DNA of 64,000 nt from Octopus vulgaris (GCA_951406725.2 OX597841.1:6386001-6450000); one strand, 5' to 3'. Shown: positions 1-10,983, counted from the stretch's first letter. The notes: generated by a model from the letters alone, not told the origin. Numbers and translations are program-made.

Positions 1-1949
1 TCAGTAAGGAAGAATGGGAAAACCTACGTGACATACAACTGGATAAAAACCTCACCATCAAAGAAGCGGACAAAGGGAGTGCTGTGGTCCTTATGGACAC
101 GGAATTTTATAAACACCTAGTGTTCTCCATGCTTAACAATAACATTTTCTATGAGGTTATTAACAACTACAAACAGCAAAAAACAATCAGAAACCTCACC
201 ACACTCATACGCCAACACGGTCAGGGACTCACAGAAAAAGAAAGGGATTATATCACCATTTTCAAAGGCAAGCCCAGCCTTTTTTATGGCCTTCCTAAAA
301 TCCATAAAAACAAATACATCACCGAAGCCTGCAAACTCTCCACTGACATCCACATCAACATCAAAGCACCGGAGGACCTAAAACTAAGGCCCATCGTGGC
401 TGGTACCTCCTGTGAAACACACCGCCTGAGTAACTTCCTAGACATCCTTTTGAAACCTTTCCTTACCCACATCAAAAGTTTCATTAGGGATGATCTGGAC
501 ATGCTCAAACACCTCCCGAAAACAGTTAACGAGGAGGCACTCCTGGTATCCTTTGATGTCATCAACCTCTACACCAACATTCCACATGAGTATGGTATAG
601 AGGCAATTGACTTCTGGCTAGAAAAACACCCAGAGACATTCCCTGACCGCATTAACAAGTCTTTTATTACAGAATCTCTTAAGTTCATTCTGACAAACAA
701 TTTTTTTCTCTTCGACGACACACACTACCGTCAAAAATGTGGCATTGCGATGGGTACCAAGGCTGCACCAGTCCTTGCGAACCTCATAATGGGTTACTTC
801 GAACTGTCACTCTATGAAATATCAAGCCAGAAATTTGGACATGTTTTCCACACCTACCTAATGGAAAACTGGAAAAGGTATTTAGATGATTGTTTCATCA
901 TATGGAAAGAACCTTATGAAAAACTCCTGGAATTCAAAACCATACTAAACAACATACATCCCAACATCCAATTCACTATGGAATTAAGCAAACATCATCT
1001 CCCATTCCTTGATCTCCTAATTATAAAAACACCTAAGAACCAAATCATAACAGACATCTACCACAAACCTACAGACTCACAACAATACCTCCTCTTTAGT
1101 TCATGCCACCCAAAACACACCAAGACAAATATCCCTTTCAATTTAGCTAAAAGGGTATGCACCATTGTCTCGGATCCAAAAACACGAGAAATACGCCTTC
1201 AAGACCTCAAAAAAACACTATTACAACGTCAATATCCCTCCACCCTTATAGAGTATGGAATAAAACGCGCCAAAGAACTAGACAACACTACACTGAAAAC
1301 CACCCAACCTAACACCACACACAACCTCAAAATACTTCCATACATTTCCACCCACAACCCCAAAAATATCGAAGCATACACCACAATCATACAAAACATC
1401 AGTCTACTGTCAACAGACCCAAAAATGAAAAACATTATAAATACACACAAAATCCTCAAATGCAAAAGGCAACACAAATCTTTAAAAAAACTCTTGACAA
1501 ATGCCAAACTTCACACACCACATCCACCCCCAGCAGTAAAAAAATGTGCACGCTCAAACTGTGGGACATGCCCCTTTCTACTTGAAGGCTCTGAATTTAC
1601 CTTCAAACAAGGTACGAAGTTTAAAATCAAGACTAACTTCTCCTGTTCCTCCGAGAACCTTATCTACGTTCTCACATGCGCTGGTTGCCAACATAATTAT
1701 GTTGGACAAACGAGTCTCCCGTTACGTAAACGAGTAACGGTGCATAAAGAACAAATAAATCTCCCGGAATACCGACAAATTCCACTGAGTGACCACTTAG
1801 ACTCATGTGCTAAAGACTTAAACCCCAAATTCTATATATTCCCCTTCTACCAATGTAAAGACGGGATCACCACACAGGAGAGAATTAACAAGGAGAATCT
1901 CTTTATTGAAAAATTCCAAACACAACTTAATATGCAAACTCCTCGTTGA
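1..1949 (+). CDS. Penelope-like element ORF (reverse transcriptase + C-terminal GIY-YIG endonuclease), 5' end outside the window
   Basis: The frame is open from base 3 (SKEEWENLRDIQLDKNLTIKEADKGSAVV, with the PLE-typical ADKG motif). It contains YGLPKIHK, LRPIVA, VSFDVINLYTNIP, GIAMGT and the catalytic RYLDD, a Cys linker KCARSNCGTC, and GIY-YIG LIYVLTC...YVGQT...LRKR...H...H...E. No stops or frameshifts. Confidence 0.96.
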   Translation, partial: SKEEWENLRDIQLDKNLTIKEADKGSAVVLMDTEFYKHLVFSMLNNNIFYEVINNYKQQKTIRNLTTLIRQHGQGLTEKERDYITIFKGKPSLFYGLPKIHKNKYITEACKLSTDIHINIKAPEDLKLRPIVAGTSCETHRLSNFLDILLKPFLTHIKSFIRDDLDMLKHLPKTVNEEALLVSFDVINLYTNIPHEYGIEAIDFWLEKHPETFPDRINKSFITESLKFILTNNFFLFDDTHYRQKCGIAMGTKAAPVLANLIMGYFELSLYEISSQKFGHVFHTYLMENWKRYLDDCFIIWKEPYEKLLEFKTILNNIHPNIQFTMELSKHHLPFLDLLIIKTPKNQIITDIYHKPTDSQQYLLFSSCHPKHTKTNIPFNLAKRVCTIVSDPKTREIRLQDLKKTLLQRQYPSTLIEYGIKRAKELDNTTLKTTQPNTTHNLKILPYISTHNPKNIEAYTTIIQNISLLSTDPKMKNIINTHKILKCKRQHKSLKKLLTNAKLHTPHPPPAVKKCARSNCGTCPFLLEGSEFTFKQGTKFKIKTNFSCSSENLIYVLTCAGCQHNYVGQTSLPLRKRVTVHKEQINLPEYRQIPLSDHLDSCAKDLNPKFYIFPFYQCKDGITTQERINKENLFIEKFQTQLNMQTPR

Positions 1950-2582
1950 TCAAACTTCCTTTCTCTACCTCACTCTTCATGGATGGACTAACACAAATAT
2001 ATAAAGATACCATGCATTCACCACTTCAAGCTAAAACTTATATTCTTTAAATATCATTTTCACTATTGTTGTTGTTACTACTATCATTTTTATTATAAAT
2101 GATATGACAATTTGAAATGCAATTGTCTATGCAGTTTTATATTATTAGAAAATAATATAAATAAAGTGTTAAAATCTGAAAGTTAAGTTAACAAGCAATT
2201 ATATAAAAAAGATAATGCAAATGAAGCTAAAATGATAGTTTTATAATTTGGGTTTTATTGAAGAACTCAAAAGAGTTGTCTCCCCTTACTCACAACACAG
2301 GAACTGAAGAACCAGGACCACAATTACTACTACTTCCTGTCCTGCAACATGCTGAATTTAACAACACAACACATCACATGCTCTTAATCCCTTTGGATCT
2401 TAACACCTCAAGGTAATTTTTTGGTAAACAACCATAAAACTCAAGATACACAACGAACTCACAATGTATCGGAGAACTTATTTTTTAATTTTTGTACATT
2501 TTTATCATTATTCTTTTACAAAAAACATTGCAATTTTCTTTTTTTCCCCTTTCTAATTTTTAAAAACTTCTTAAAACATAAA

Positions 2583-2623
2583 TATTCTTGACAAGTCATA
2601 CATTGACGAAAACCGGTTGAATA
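2583..2623 (+). ncRNA. Minimal hammerhead-ribozyme-like motif in the PLE-1 3' UTR (variant core)
   Basis: tattc TTGACAA gtca-tacat-tgac GAAA accggt t gaata: stem I TATTC/GAATA, U3-A8 covariant core, stem II, palindromic stem III with one extra A. Copies at 11584-11624, 20492-20532 and 29413-29453 read CTGACAA. Confidence 0.6.
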
Positions 2624-2713
2624 AATATATATATTTATATATTTTATCATTTTCTCATTTTATTAAAATTTTCTTTCATTTGAGCATTCTGCATTTTTAA
2701 AAAAATTTTTCCT

Positions 2714-2716
<3 letters not shown>

Positions 2717-2784
<68 letters not shown>
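2717..2784. repeat. (TA)n microsatellite, representative of dozens of (TA)n, (TG)n and mixed tracts in the window
   Basis: Direct reading. These tracts generate all of the YIYI and HTHT ORFs in the track. Confidence 0.99.
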
Positions 2785-2786
<2 letters not shown>

Positions 2787-4550
2787 AAAATAGTAAAGAG
2801 TGAAAACACGACAGAAGGCTTAAATGTTAAAGAATATATATATTTGCGTCAATATGTCTGGGGAATATTGGAAAATTGTTTTTCCCTTCTTATAATGACA
2901 TAATTTTATAATTTTTAAAGAAAGACCGGTTTCGCATTTAACTCTTCAAATTTCTTGCGACGTAATGTTTATCTTTAATAGCGTTATCCTTGTTTTTTTG
3001 CTACGGAGAGTTCTAAATAAGGGAAAGTAGTGCGTGATTTCTTCCGGTGTAAGGGAGATAATCGCTTAAAAATTTTTTTTCCCCTTTTTCTCTTAGAGTG
3101 AATTTCTCTGTATTATTATGTTTGGATAGTTGAGTCTGGGTTTGTACTTTTCAATGAAGAATGTTTCCTTGTTTAGTCTAATTTGTGTTGATGATCCGAA
3201 AGCACATTGGTGAAATGGAAAGATTAAAAATTGTGGTTGTAGTTGCTTTGCGCAATTCTGAATGTGCTCACTAAAAGGTATCATTCTATATTCTGGGAAT
3301 GCAATCTGTTGTCGATGCAGTGTGCATCTACGTCTGAGTGATAGTCCCGTGGACCCCACGTAGTCTTGATGGCAGCCCGAGCATTTTATGACATAAATTA
3401 TGTTTTCAGAGGCACAAGTAAAGTTAGATTTGATCTTGAATTTCTGTCCCTCTTTAAAGAAGAATTCTGATCCTTCTAGTAGGTTAGGACATGTTGCACA
3501 GTTCGATCTACCACATTTTTTTACTTTTGCATCCGTAATTTCAGAAGACAATTTTGCCTTTGTGAGAATCTTTTAAGTGATTTAGGCTGTTTGTAGCTTT
3601 TAATGATTTGGTGTATGTTTAGAATTTCCTTTAATTTGGGGTTTTTATGAAGTATTGGTAAATTCTGGGTGATGATGGTGAAGGCTTCTTTGTTTCTGGG
3701 GTTGTATGTAGATATGTAAGGTAGTATTTTCGGGGAAGGTGTGTTGTTGTGTTGAACTTTTCTTAAAGTTTCTATGTTGATTTCTGTTGCACGTCTGATC
3801 CCATCCTCTATGAGTTGAGCTGGGTAATGTCTGTCAATTAAGGTGATTTTGAGTTCTTGCAGTCTGAAGTTCCTGGTATTTTGTTCTGACACTATTGTGC
3901 ATATCCTTCTTGCAAGGTTGAAGGGGATGTTTGTTTTAGTGTGTCTTGGGTGGCATGAATTAAAGAGAAGGTATTGTTTGGCGTCTGTGGCTTTGTAGAA
4001 AATGTCTGTGGAATGATACCTTTTAGTGAGCACATTGAGAAATGCGCAAAGCAACTACAACCACAATTTTTAATCTTTCCATTTTACCAATGTGCTTTCG
4101 GATCATCAACACAAATTAGACTAAACAAGGAAACATTCTTCATTGAAAAGTACAAACCCAGACTCAACTATCCAAACATAATAATACAGAGAAATTCACA
4201 CTAAGAGAAAAAGGAAAAAAAAATTTTAAGCGATTATCTCCCTTACACCGGAAGAAATCACGCACTACCTTCCCTTATTTAGAACTCTCCGTAGCAAAAA
4301 AACAAGGATAACGCTATTAAAGATAAACATTACGTCGCAAGAAATTTGAAGGGCTAAATGCGAAACCGGTCTTTCTTTAAAAATTATAAAATTATGTCAT
4401 TATAAGAAGGGAAAAAAATTTTTCCAATATTCTCCAGACATATTGACGCAAATATATATATTCTTTAACATTTAAGCCTTCTGTCGTTTTTTCACTCTTT
4501 ACTATTTTCTTATATATTCACCCACGTGCTTTCACAAACAAACATTCTTA
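2783..4550 (-). mobile_element. PLE-2 copy 1: 5'-truncated Penelope-like element with an inverted pseudo-LTR; ORF frameshifted
   Basis: The minus strand 4009->3093 encodes RT thumb, Cys linker and GIY-YIG (TDIFYKATD, HPRHTKTNIP, KCGRSNCATC, IIYVIKC...YVGST). There is a 1-bp deletion near 3570 relative to the other copies. 4011-4515 is an inverted copy of about 2783-3288. Both sides are flanked by (TA)n. Confidence 0.93.
2918..2956 (-). ncRNA. Minimal hammerhead-like motif in the PLE-2 pseudo-LTR (also on + at 4339-4377 and in both arms of every later copy)
   Basis: aagaaa t TTGAAGA gt-taaat-gc GAAA CCGG TC tttctt: stem I AAGAAA/TTTCTT, a very short stem II, and the palindromic GAAACCGGTC typical of PLE minimal hammerheads. 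The core has C3->U. Confidence 0.6.
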
Positions 4551-4552
4551 TC

Positions 4553-4597
<45 letters not shown>

Positions 4598-4971
4598 CAC
4601 ACATACATATATATATATATACATATACATATTTATATATATACATAGTGGTGATGTCTTTCAGGTATTGTTGATAGCCAAACAAATGCACACACGCACT
4701 TGTACACAAACACGTTCTATTGATTGAAAAAGGGTAAGATATTGAATAATAGGTGAAAGAAACAATTGAATAAGTGAATCATACAACTACAATACATATG
4801 TGTGTATGTCTAAAGAGAAGGATGAACCTGTATGCATGTATATATATATATACACATAAATGAAAAGCGAGGGTCAGATAATAGTGCTCAACTACTGAAG
4901 GTAGAGTTAAATTTGTGATATTTTTGCAGCTTTAATAAAAACGTGTATAAGAATATATATATCTTCTTTTG

Positions 4972-5232
4972 GTCTCTTATTTGTTTCACTCATTTGAAAG
5001 TGGCCATGCTGGAGCACCTCCTTCAAGGGTGCTGGTCCAAGAGATTGACACCAGAACTTATTCTTTGTAAGCCTAGTATTCATTCTATTGGCCTTTTTTG
5101 GTGAACCACTAAGTTACAGGGTCACAAACACAGATACACAAATATATATATAAACATGACAGGCTTCTGGCTACTAAATCTACTGACAAGGCTATGGTCA
5201 GCCTAAGGCTGTGGTAGCAGGCACTTGACCAA
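4972..5232 (-). mobile_element. Degenerate SINE fragment, one per subunit; better-preserved relatives at 38310-38680 and 43303-43665
   Basis: Shares ttgtttca.tcatttga..gtggccatgctggagca and ggctgtagtag.ag.cacttg.cca with the dispersed copies. Confidence 0.75.
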
Positions 5233-5487
5233 TATTCACTATAAACTGCCTAAAATTGTGTATCCTCAGATGAACATATCCATTCCTATAATTTCCATCA
5301 AATAGTTTTGACATAGTTATGACCAAACTATACTTTATATTATTGGAATATAACTCCAAAATAGGGAGAAAAATAAATAGAAAAACCAAACAAGGAAAGA
5401 AAAAAAAGGGAATGGAAAATGTAAATGAAATGTTTAATTTGTAATGTAACTTTGTAAAAGGTTAAAACCAAACTATACTTCGTAATA

Positions 5488-6013
5488 CAGGGTGATTGAA
5501 AAGTAACTCCCTATTTTAAAAATATTTGTGAATTATTTGTTAATTGTAATTTTTACAGAAAATAAATATCGCTATGAGAGGTTTTACTATGAAGTTTGAT
5601 TTAAAATTCGATATGCACTCCAGATGTCACCACAAGCATTTTGTATCACCCAGGAATTGCATCGAGTGATTTCACCAGGAACTCTGATGCGATGGAAGAA
5701 GACGTATGACTTCTTGTAATTGCCGTTCCAGTTCTTCCAGAGTCTCTGCTTTCGTACAGTAGACTTGTTCTTTCAACCGACCCCAAACAAAGAAGTCACA
5801 GGGTGTTAAGTTAGGTCTCCTGGCTGACCCCTCATGCGACCCATCCATCCCCTAGGGAAGGGGCCATTCACCAACGACAAGAGCAATACGATTACAGATT
5901 AAATTCTCATACTTAAGAAAATAGAACAAACACAAAAGACTTGAGAAATAAATTACAATTAATAAATTATAGAAAAGTATTTTTAAATTAGGAGTTACTT
6001 TGCAATCACCCTG
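5488..6013 (-). mobile_element. Internally deleted Tc1/mariner-superfamily DNA transposon (~526 bp), one per subunit (8 copies)
   Basis: TIRs CAGGGTGATTGAAAAGTAACTCC / GGAGTTACTTTGCAATCACCCTG with TA on the left. A minus-strand remnant RRPNLIPCDFFVWGWLQEQVYCTKAETLEELE (read in later copies) matches the WPPRSPDL.P.DFF.WG transposase C-terminus. Other copies start near 8830, 14467, 17727, 23380, 26639, 32286 and 35400. Confidence 0.88.
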
Positions 6014-6321
6014 AATACTCTGGAAAGGTAAAGGACACTGTAAAATGTTTTAACAGTTTCTAGTCTTATAAAATATGTGAAAATGAAGCAAGTTCCTATC
6101 TCAGCAGTGGTGTATGGTGGTTGTTGTATTGAGTTCGCTGCCACACCCAATGCCATCAGATTTCAAGCAGGAGTATAACTAAAGTTTTCTTTTCAGATTT
6201 GTGATTTAATTAAATGAAGAGGTTGCAAGAAGTAATGAAAATTTAAGAAGAAAAAAAAATTGATCAAGTACATGAGTGGAAAGTGAACTGGTGAGTATGT
6301 TAATAAATAAGGCATCTTATG

Positions 6322-6525
6322 TGAGGAGCTGGCGGCATCGTTAGTAAGCTGGACTACAGGCTTAGCATCGGAATGTTCTGAGTTCAAATTCCGCTGAGGT
6401 CGACTTTGCTTTTCATCCTTTCAGGGTTGATAAATTAAGTAACAGTGAAACGCAGGGGTTGATGCAATCAAGCTTAATTCCGACCCCACAAATTATTTGA
6501 AGCCTTGTGCTTCTAGTAGAAAGGT
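6322..6525 (+). mobile_element. tRNA-like SINE, one per subunit; inverted relatives at 37365-37425, 39353-39552 and 49045-49250
   Basis: A-box-like GAGCTGGCGGCATCGTTAG and B-box GAGTTCAAATTCC, then gaggtcgactttgc.tttcatcctttc.gggttgataaattaagta, shared with the dispersed copies. Confidence 0.78.
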
Positions 6526-6855
6526 TAACTAATAAGACATTTAAACAGAATTACTCACCCCAGACACAACAAAATATGCTTCAACACACGAATTCAGGAA
6601 AAGAATACGTTCCAGTCGCAGCCTCAAGTCTCTTTGTATCTCAGCAAAATCTTGTGAAACCAGTTCAGTCTGACACAAACATACGTATGACTTCTGAAGG
6701 TGTTAGCGAGGGATCGATAACATACCAGGAAGAAGTTTATAGATGTGTGGGCGTTACCTTGGTAACTTTTGTGTATTTGTGTGTGCGTGTGTAAACTTGT
6801 TTAAAAGTATGGTGTGTGTATATTTGTGATGTCCCCTGTGTCTATATGTAGACGT

Positions 6856-6939
<84 letters not shown>

Positions 6940-6959
6940 TGTGTGTATATGTATATGAA

Positions 6960-7285
6960 TATAATAATAAATATTAGGGAATAAATCCAAACTTACAGGG
7001 AAAAATCAGATTTAGGATTGAATCCAATTTTATAGTAAAATCTTATATTATATTAAATTAGAGACAAAACCACTATGAGGCAAATCATACAATGAAAAAC
7101 TTACGCCAATGCATAAGATTATTTAATTTATATTATTTAAATATATAACAAAAATTATTTAAAAAATATAATTAATATATCACTACGATCGTTTCATGGC
7201 TGTTAATTAAATAATCTTATGTATTGGCTTAAGTTTTTTTCATTGTATAATTTGCCTAATAGTGGATTTATCTCTAATTTAATAT
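6960..7285 (-). mobile_element. Mini element A: short PLE-like 3'-end remnant with an internal inversion, embedded in microsatellite (7 copies)
   Basis: Inverted arms (aattagagacaaaaccactat... / ...atagtggttttgtctctaatt in later copies). The minus strand carries a half hammerhead GAAA CGATCG TA gtg right at the inversion point. Other copies near 10350, 15950, 19260, 24863, 28170 and 33768. Confidence 0.6.
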
Positions 7286-7306
7286 AATGTATATGAATAT
7301 GTATAC

Positions 7307-7383
<77 letters not shown>

Positions 7384-7404
7384 TATAATATATACATGTA
7401 TATG

Positions 7405-7505
<101 letters not shown>

Positions 7506-7710
7506 GTGGTGATGTCTTCCAGGTATTGTTCATAGCCAAACAAACACACCCACACACACCCACACATATACACATAAACACATTCTATTGATTGAAAAAG
7601 GATAAGAAATTGAATAATAGATGAAAGAAACAATTGAATAGATGAATCATACAACTACAATACATATGTGTGTATGTATAAAGAGAAGGATGAACCTGTA
7701 TGCATGTATG

Positions 7711-7742
<32 letters not shown>

Positions 7743-7839
7743 CATGAAAAGCAAGGGGCAAAAATAGTGCTCAACTACACAAGGTAGAGTTAACTTAGAT
7801 TTTTTGTGTCATTTTTGCAACTTTAATAAAAATGTGTGT

Positions 7840-7905
<66 letters not shown>

Positions 7906-8256
7906 TCTTTTTGTCTCTTACTTGTTTCACTCATTTGAAAGTGGCCATGCTGGAGCACCTCCTTCAAGGGTACTGGTCCAAGAGATTGACACCAGAACGT
8001 ATTCTTTGTAAGCCCAGTATTCATTCTATTGGCCTTTTTTGGTGAACCACCAAGTTACAGGGACACAAACACTGATACGCGAATATATATATAAACATGA
8101 CAGATTTCTGGCTAATAAATCTACTGAGAAGGCTTTCGACAGCCTAAGTCTGTAGTAGCAGGCACTTGACCAATATCCACTGTAAACTACCTAAAATTGT
8201 GTATCCTTTGATGAACATATCCATTCCTATAATTTCCATCAGATAGTTTTGACATA

Positions 8257-8644
8257 AGCATTATTAAATCTCAGAGCGAGATGTAAACATTAACCGCTCG
8301 ACAATGTAAAGTATAAAAAGCCATCTCAATATGGCTAACCACGAAGTGGGGGTGTTACTGTAGCTTTTTAGCCCAAGGAGATCATCGTCTCCAGCTGGCT
8401 TTAGACACACTTTCTGTGCCCTTGAAGTATTTGCAAAAGGAGGCTATCCCTTTCTCACAAGCCTGAATCGTGATCTGATGGTTACCGCCCATTGATAAGA
8501 GACAATAATCTCGAAACCGATCCGGTGCGTATCACTCAGGCTTGCAAGGAAGGGATGGGCTCTTTTTGCAAACACTTCAAGAGCACTGAAAGGGTGTCTA
8601 AAGCCAGCTGGAGACGATGATCCCCTGCAGCTAAAAAGCAACAG
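8257..8644. mobile_element. 388-bp non-coding insertion with a 13-bp target-site duplication, a long hairpin and a hammerhead-like motif
   Basis: TAGTTTTGACATA at 8244-8256 and 8645-8657; the other seven subunits show the empty site. Imperfect inverted arms at about 8357-8466 and 8536-8644. Confidence 0.9.
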
Positions 8645-10191
8645 TAGTTTTGACATAGTTATATTCAAACTGTACTTTATATTATTTGAATATAACTCCA
8701 AAATAGAGAGAAAAATAAATAGAAAAACCAAACAAGGAAAGAAAAAAAAGGGAAAGGAAAATGTAAATGAAATGTTTTATTTGTAATGTAACTTTGTAAA
8801 ATGTTAAAACCAAACTATACTTCGTATTACAGGGTGATTGAAAAGTAACTCCCTATTTTTAAAATACTTGTGAATTATTTGTTAATTGTAATTTTTACAG
8901 AAAATAAATATCGCTATGAGAGGTTTTACTATGAGGTTTTCTTTAAAATTCGATATGGGCTCCAGATGTCACCACAAGCATTTTGTATCAGCCAGGAATT
9001 GCATCGAGTGATTTCACCAGGAACTCTGATGCGATGGAAGAAGACGTATGACTTCTTGTAATTGCCGTTCCAGTTCTTCCAGAGTCTCTGCTTCCGTACA
9101 GTAGGTTTGCTCTTGCAACCAACCCCAAACAAAGAAGTCACAGGGTGTTTAGTTAGGTCTCTTGGCTGACCCCTCATGCGACCCATCCATCCCCTGGGGA
9201 AGGGGCCATTCATCAACGACAAGTGCAATACGATTACAGATTAAATTCTCATACTTAAGAAAAAAGAACAAACACAAAAGACTTGAGAAATAAATTACAA
9301 TTAATAAATAAAGGAAAAGTATTTTTAAATTAGGAGTTACTTTGCAATCACCCTGAATACTCTGGAAAGGTAAGGGACAGTGTAAAATGATTTAGCAGTT
9401 TCTAGTCTTATAAAATATGTGAAAATGAAGCAAGTTCCTATCTCAGCAGTGGTGTATGGTGGTTGTTGTATTGAGTTCGCTGCCACACCCAATGCCATCA
9501 GATTTCAAGCAGGAGTATAACTAAAGTTTTCTTTTCAGATTTGTGATTTAATTAAATGAAGAGGTTGCAAGAAGTAATGAAAATTTAAGAAGAAAAAAAA
9601 ATTGATCAAGTACATGAGTGGAAAGTGAACTGGTGAGTATGTTAATTAATAAGGCATTTTAGGTGAGGAGCTGGCGGCATCGTTTGTAAGCTGGACTACA
9701 GGCTTAGCATCGGAATGTTCTGAGTTCAAATTCCGCTGAGGTCGACTTTGCTTTTCATCCTTTCAGGGTTGATAAATTAAGTAACAGTGAAACACAGGGG
9801 TTGATGCAATCAACTTAATTCCGACCCCAAAATATTTGAAGCCTTGTGCTTCTAGTAGAAAGGTTAACTAATAAGACATTTAAACAGAATTACTCACCCC
9901 AGACACAACAAAATATGCTTCAACACACGAATTCAGGAAAAGAATTCGTTCCAGTCCCAGCCTCAAGTCTCTTTGTATTTCAGCAAAATCTTGTGAAACC
10001 AGTTCAGTCAAACAAAAACATACGTATGACTTCTGAAGGTGTTAGCGAGGGATCGATACCATACCAGGAAGAAGTTTATTGATGTGTGGGCGTTACCTGG
10101 GTAACTTTTGTGTATTTGTGTGTGCGTGTGTAAACTTGTTTAAAAGTATGGTATGTGTATATTTGTGATGTCCCCTGCGTCTATATGAAGA

Positions 10192-10339
<148 letters not shown>

Positions 10340-10697
10340 ATATGAATATAATAATAAATATTAGGGAATAAATCCAAACTTACAGGGAAAAATCAGATTT
10401 AGGATTGAATCCAATTTTATAGTAAAATCTTATATTATATTAAATTAGAGACAAAACCACTATTATGCAAATCAATCAATGAAAGACTTAAGCCAATACA
10501 TAAGATTATTTTATTTATATTATTTAAATATATAACAAAAATTATTTAAAAAATATAATTAATATACCACTACGATCGTTTCATGGCTGTTAATTAAATA
10601 ATCTTATGTATTGGCTTAAGTTTATTCATTGTATAATTTGCCTAATAGTGGTTTTGTCTCTAATTTAATATAATGTATATGAATATGTATACATATA

Positions 10698-10747
<50 letters not shown>

Positions 10748-10792
10748 TATATATATATATACATATATATATATAAATATATAATATATACA

Positions 10793-10870
<78 letters not shown>

Positions 10871-10889
10871 AATATATAATATATACATG

Positions 10890-10949
<60 letters not shown>

Positions 10950-10950
10950 C

Positions 10951-10983
<33 letters not shown>

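Larger units (their letters stand above)
1..2717 (+). mobile_element. Penelope-like retroelement PLE-1 (Cys-linker, Neptune-like), ORF plus ~770-bp 3' UTR ending in (TA)n
   Basis: ORF above; an AT-rich UTR with a hammerhead-like motif; the terminus ttactatata merges into a (TA)n tract. UTR 2003-2717 recurs at about 11003, 19914 and 28836. Confidence 0.9.

Noticed and set aside
2296-2340. Second hammerhead candidate: acaggaa CTGAAGA ... ttcctgt in the PLE-1 UTR
   Set aside because: It has a 7-bp stem I and CUGANGA but no GAAA box and no stem II; at most a decayed relic.
3974-4204. 76-aa plus-strand ORF (and copies at 12958, 21868, 30778), and the MLCAFLNVLTKRYHS N-terminus of the 320-aa ORFs
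   Set aside because: Both are by-products of the PLE-2 inversion junction near 4010; the start codons lie in antisense sequence of the other arm.
6507-6794. Repeated MLLVERLTNK... ORF as a tandem gene family
   Set aside because: It starts at a GTG inside a SINE tail, has variable stops among copies and no recognisable domain; splice signals favour the opposite strand.
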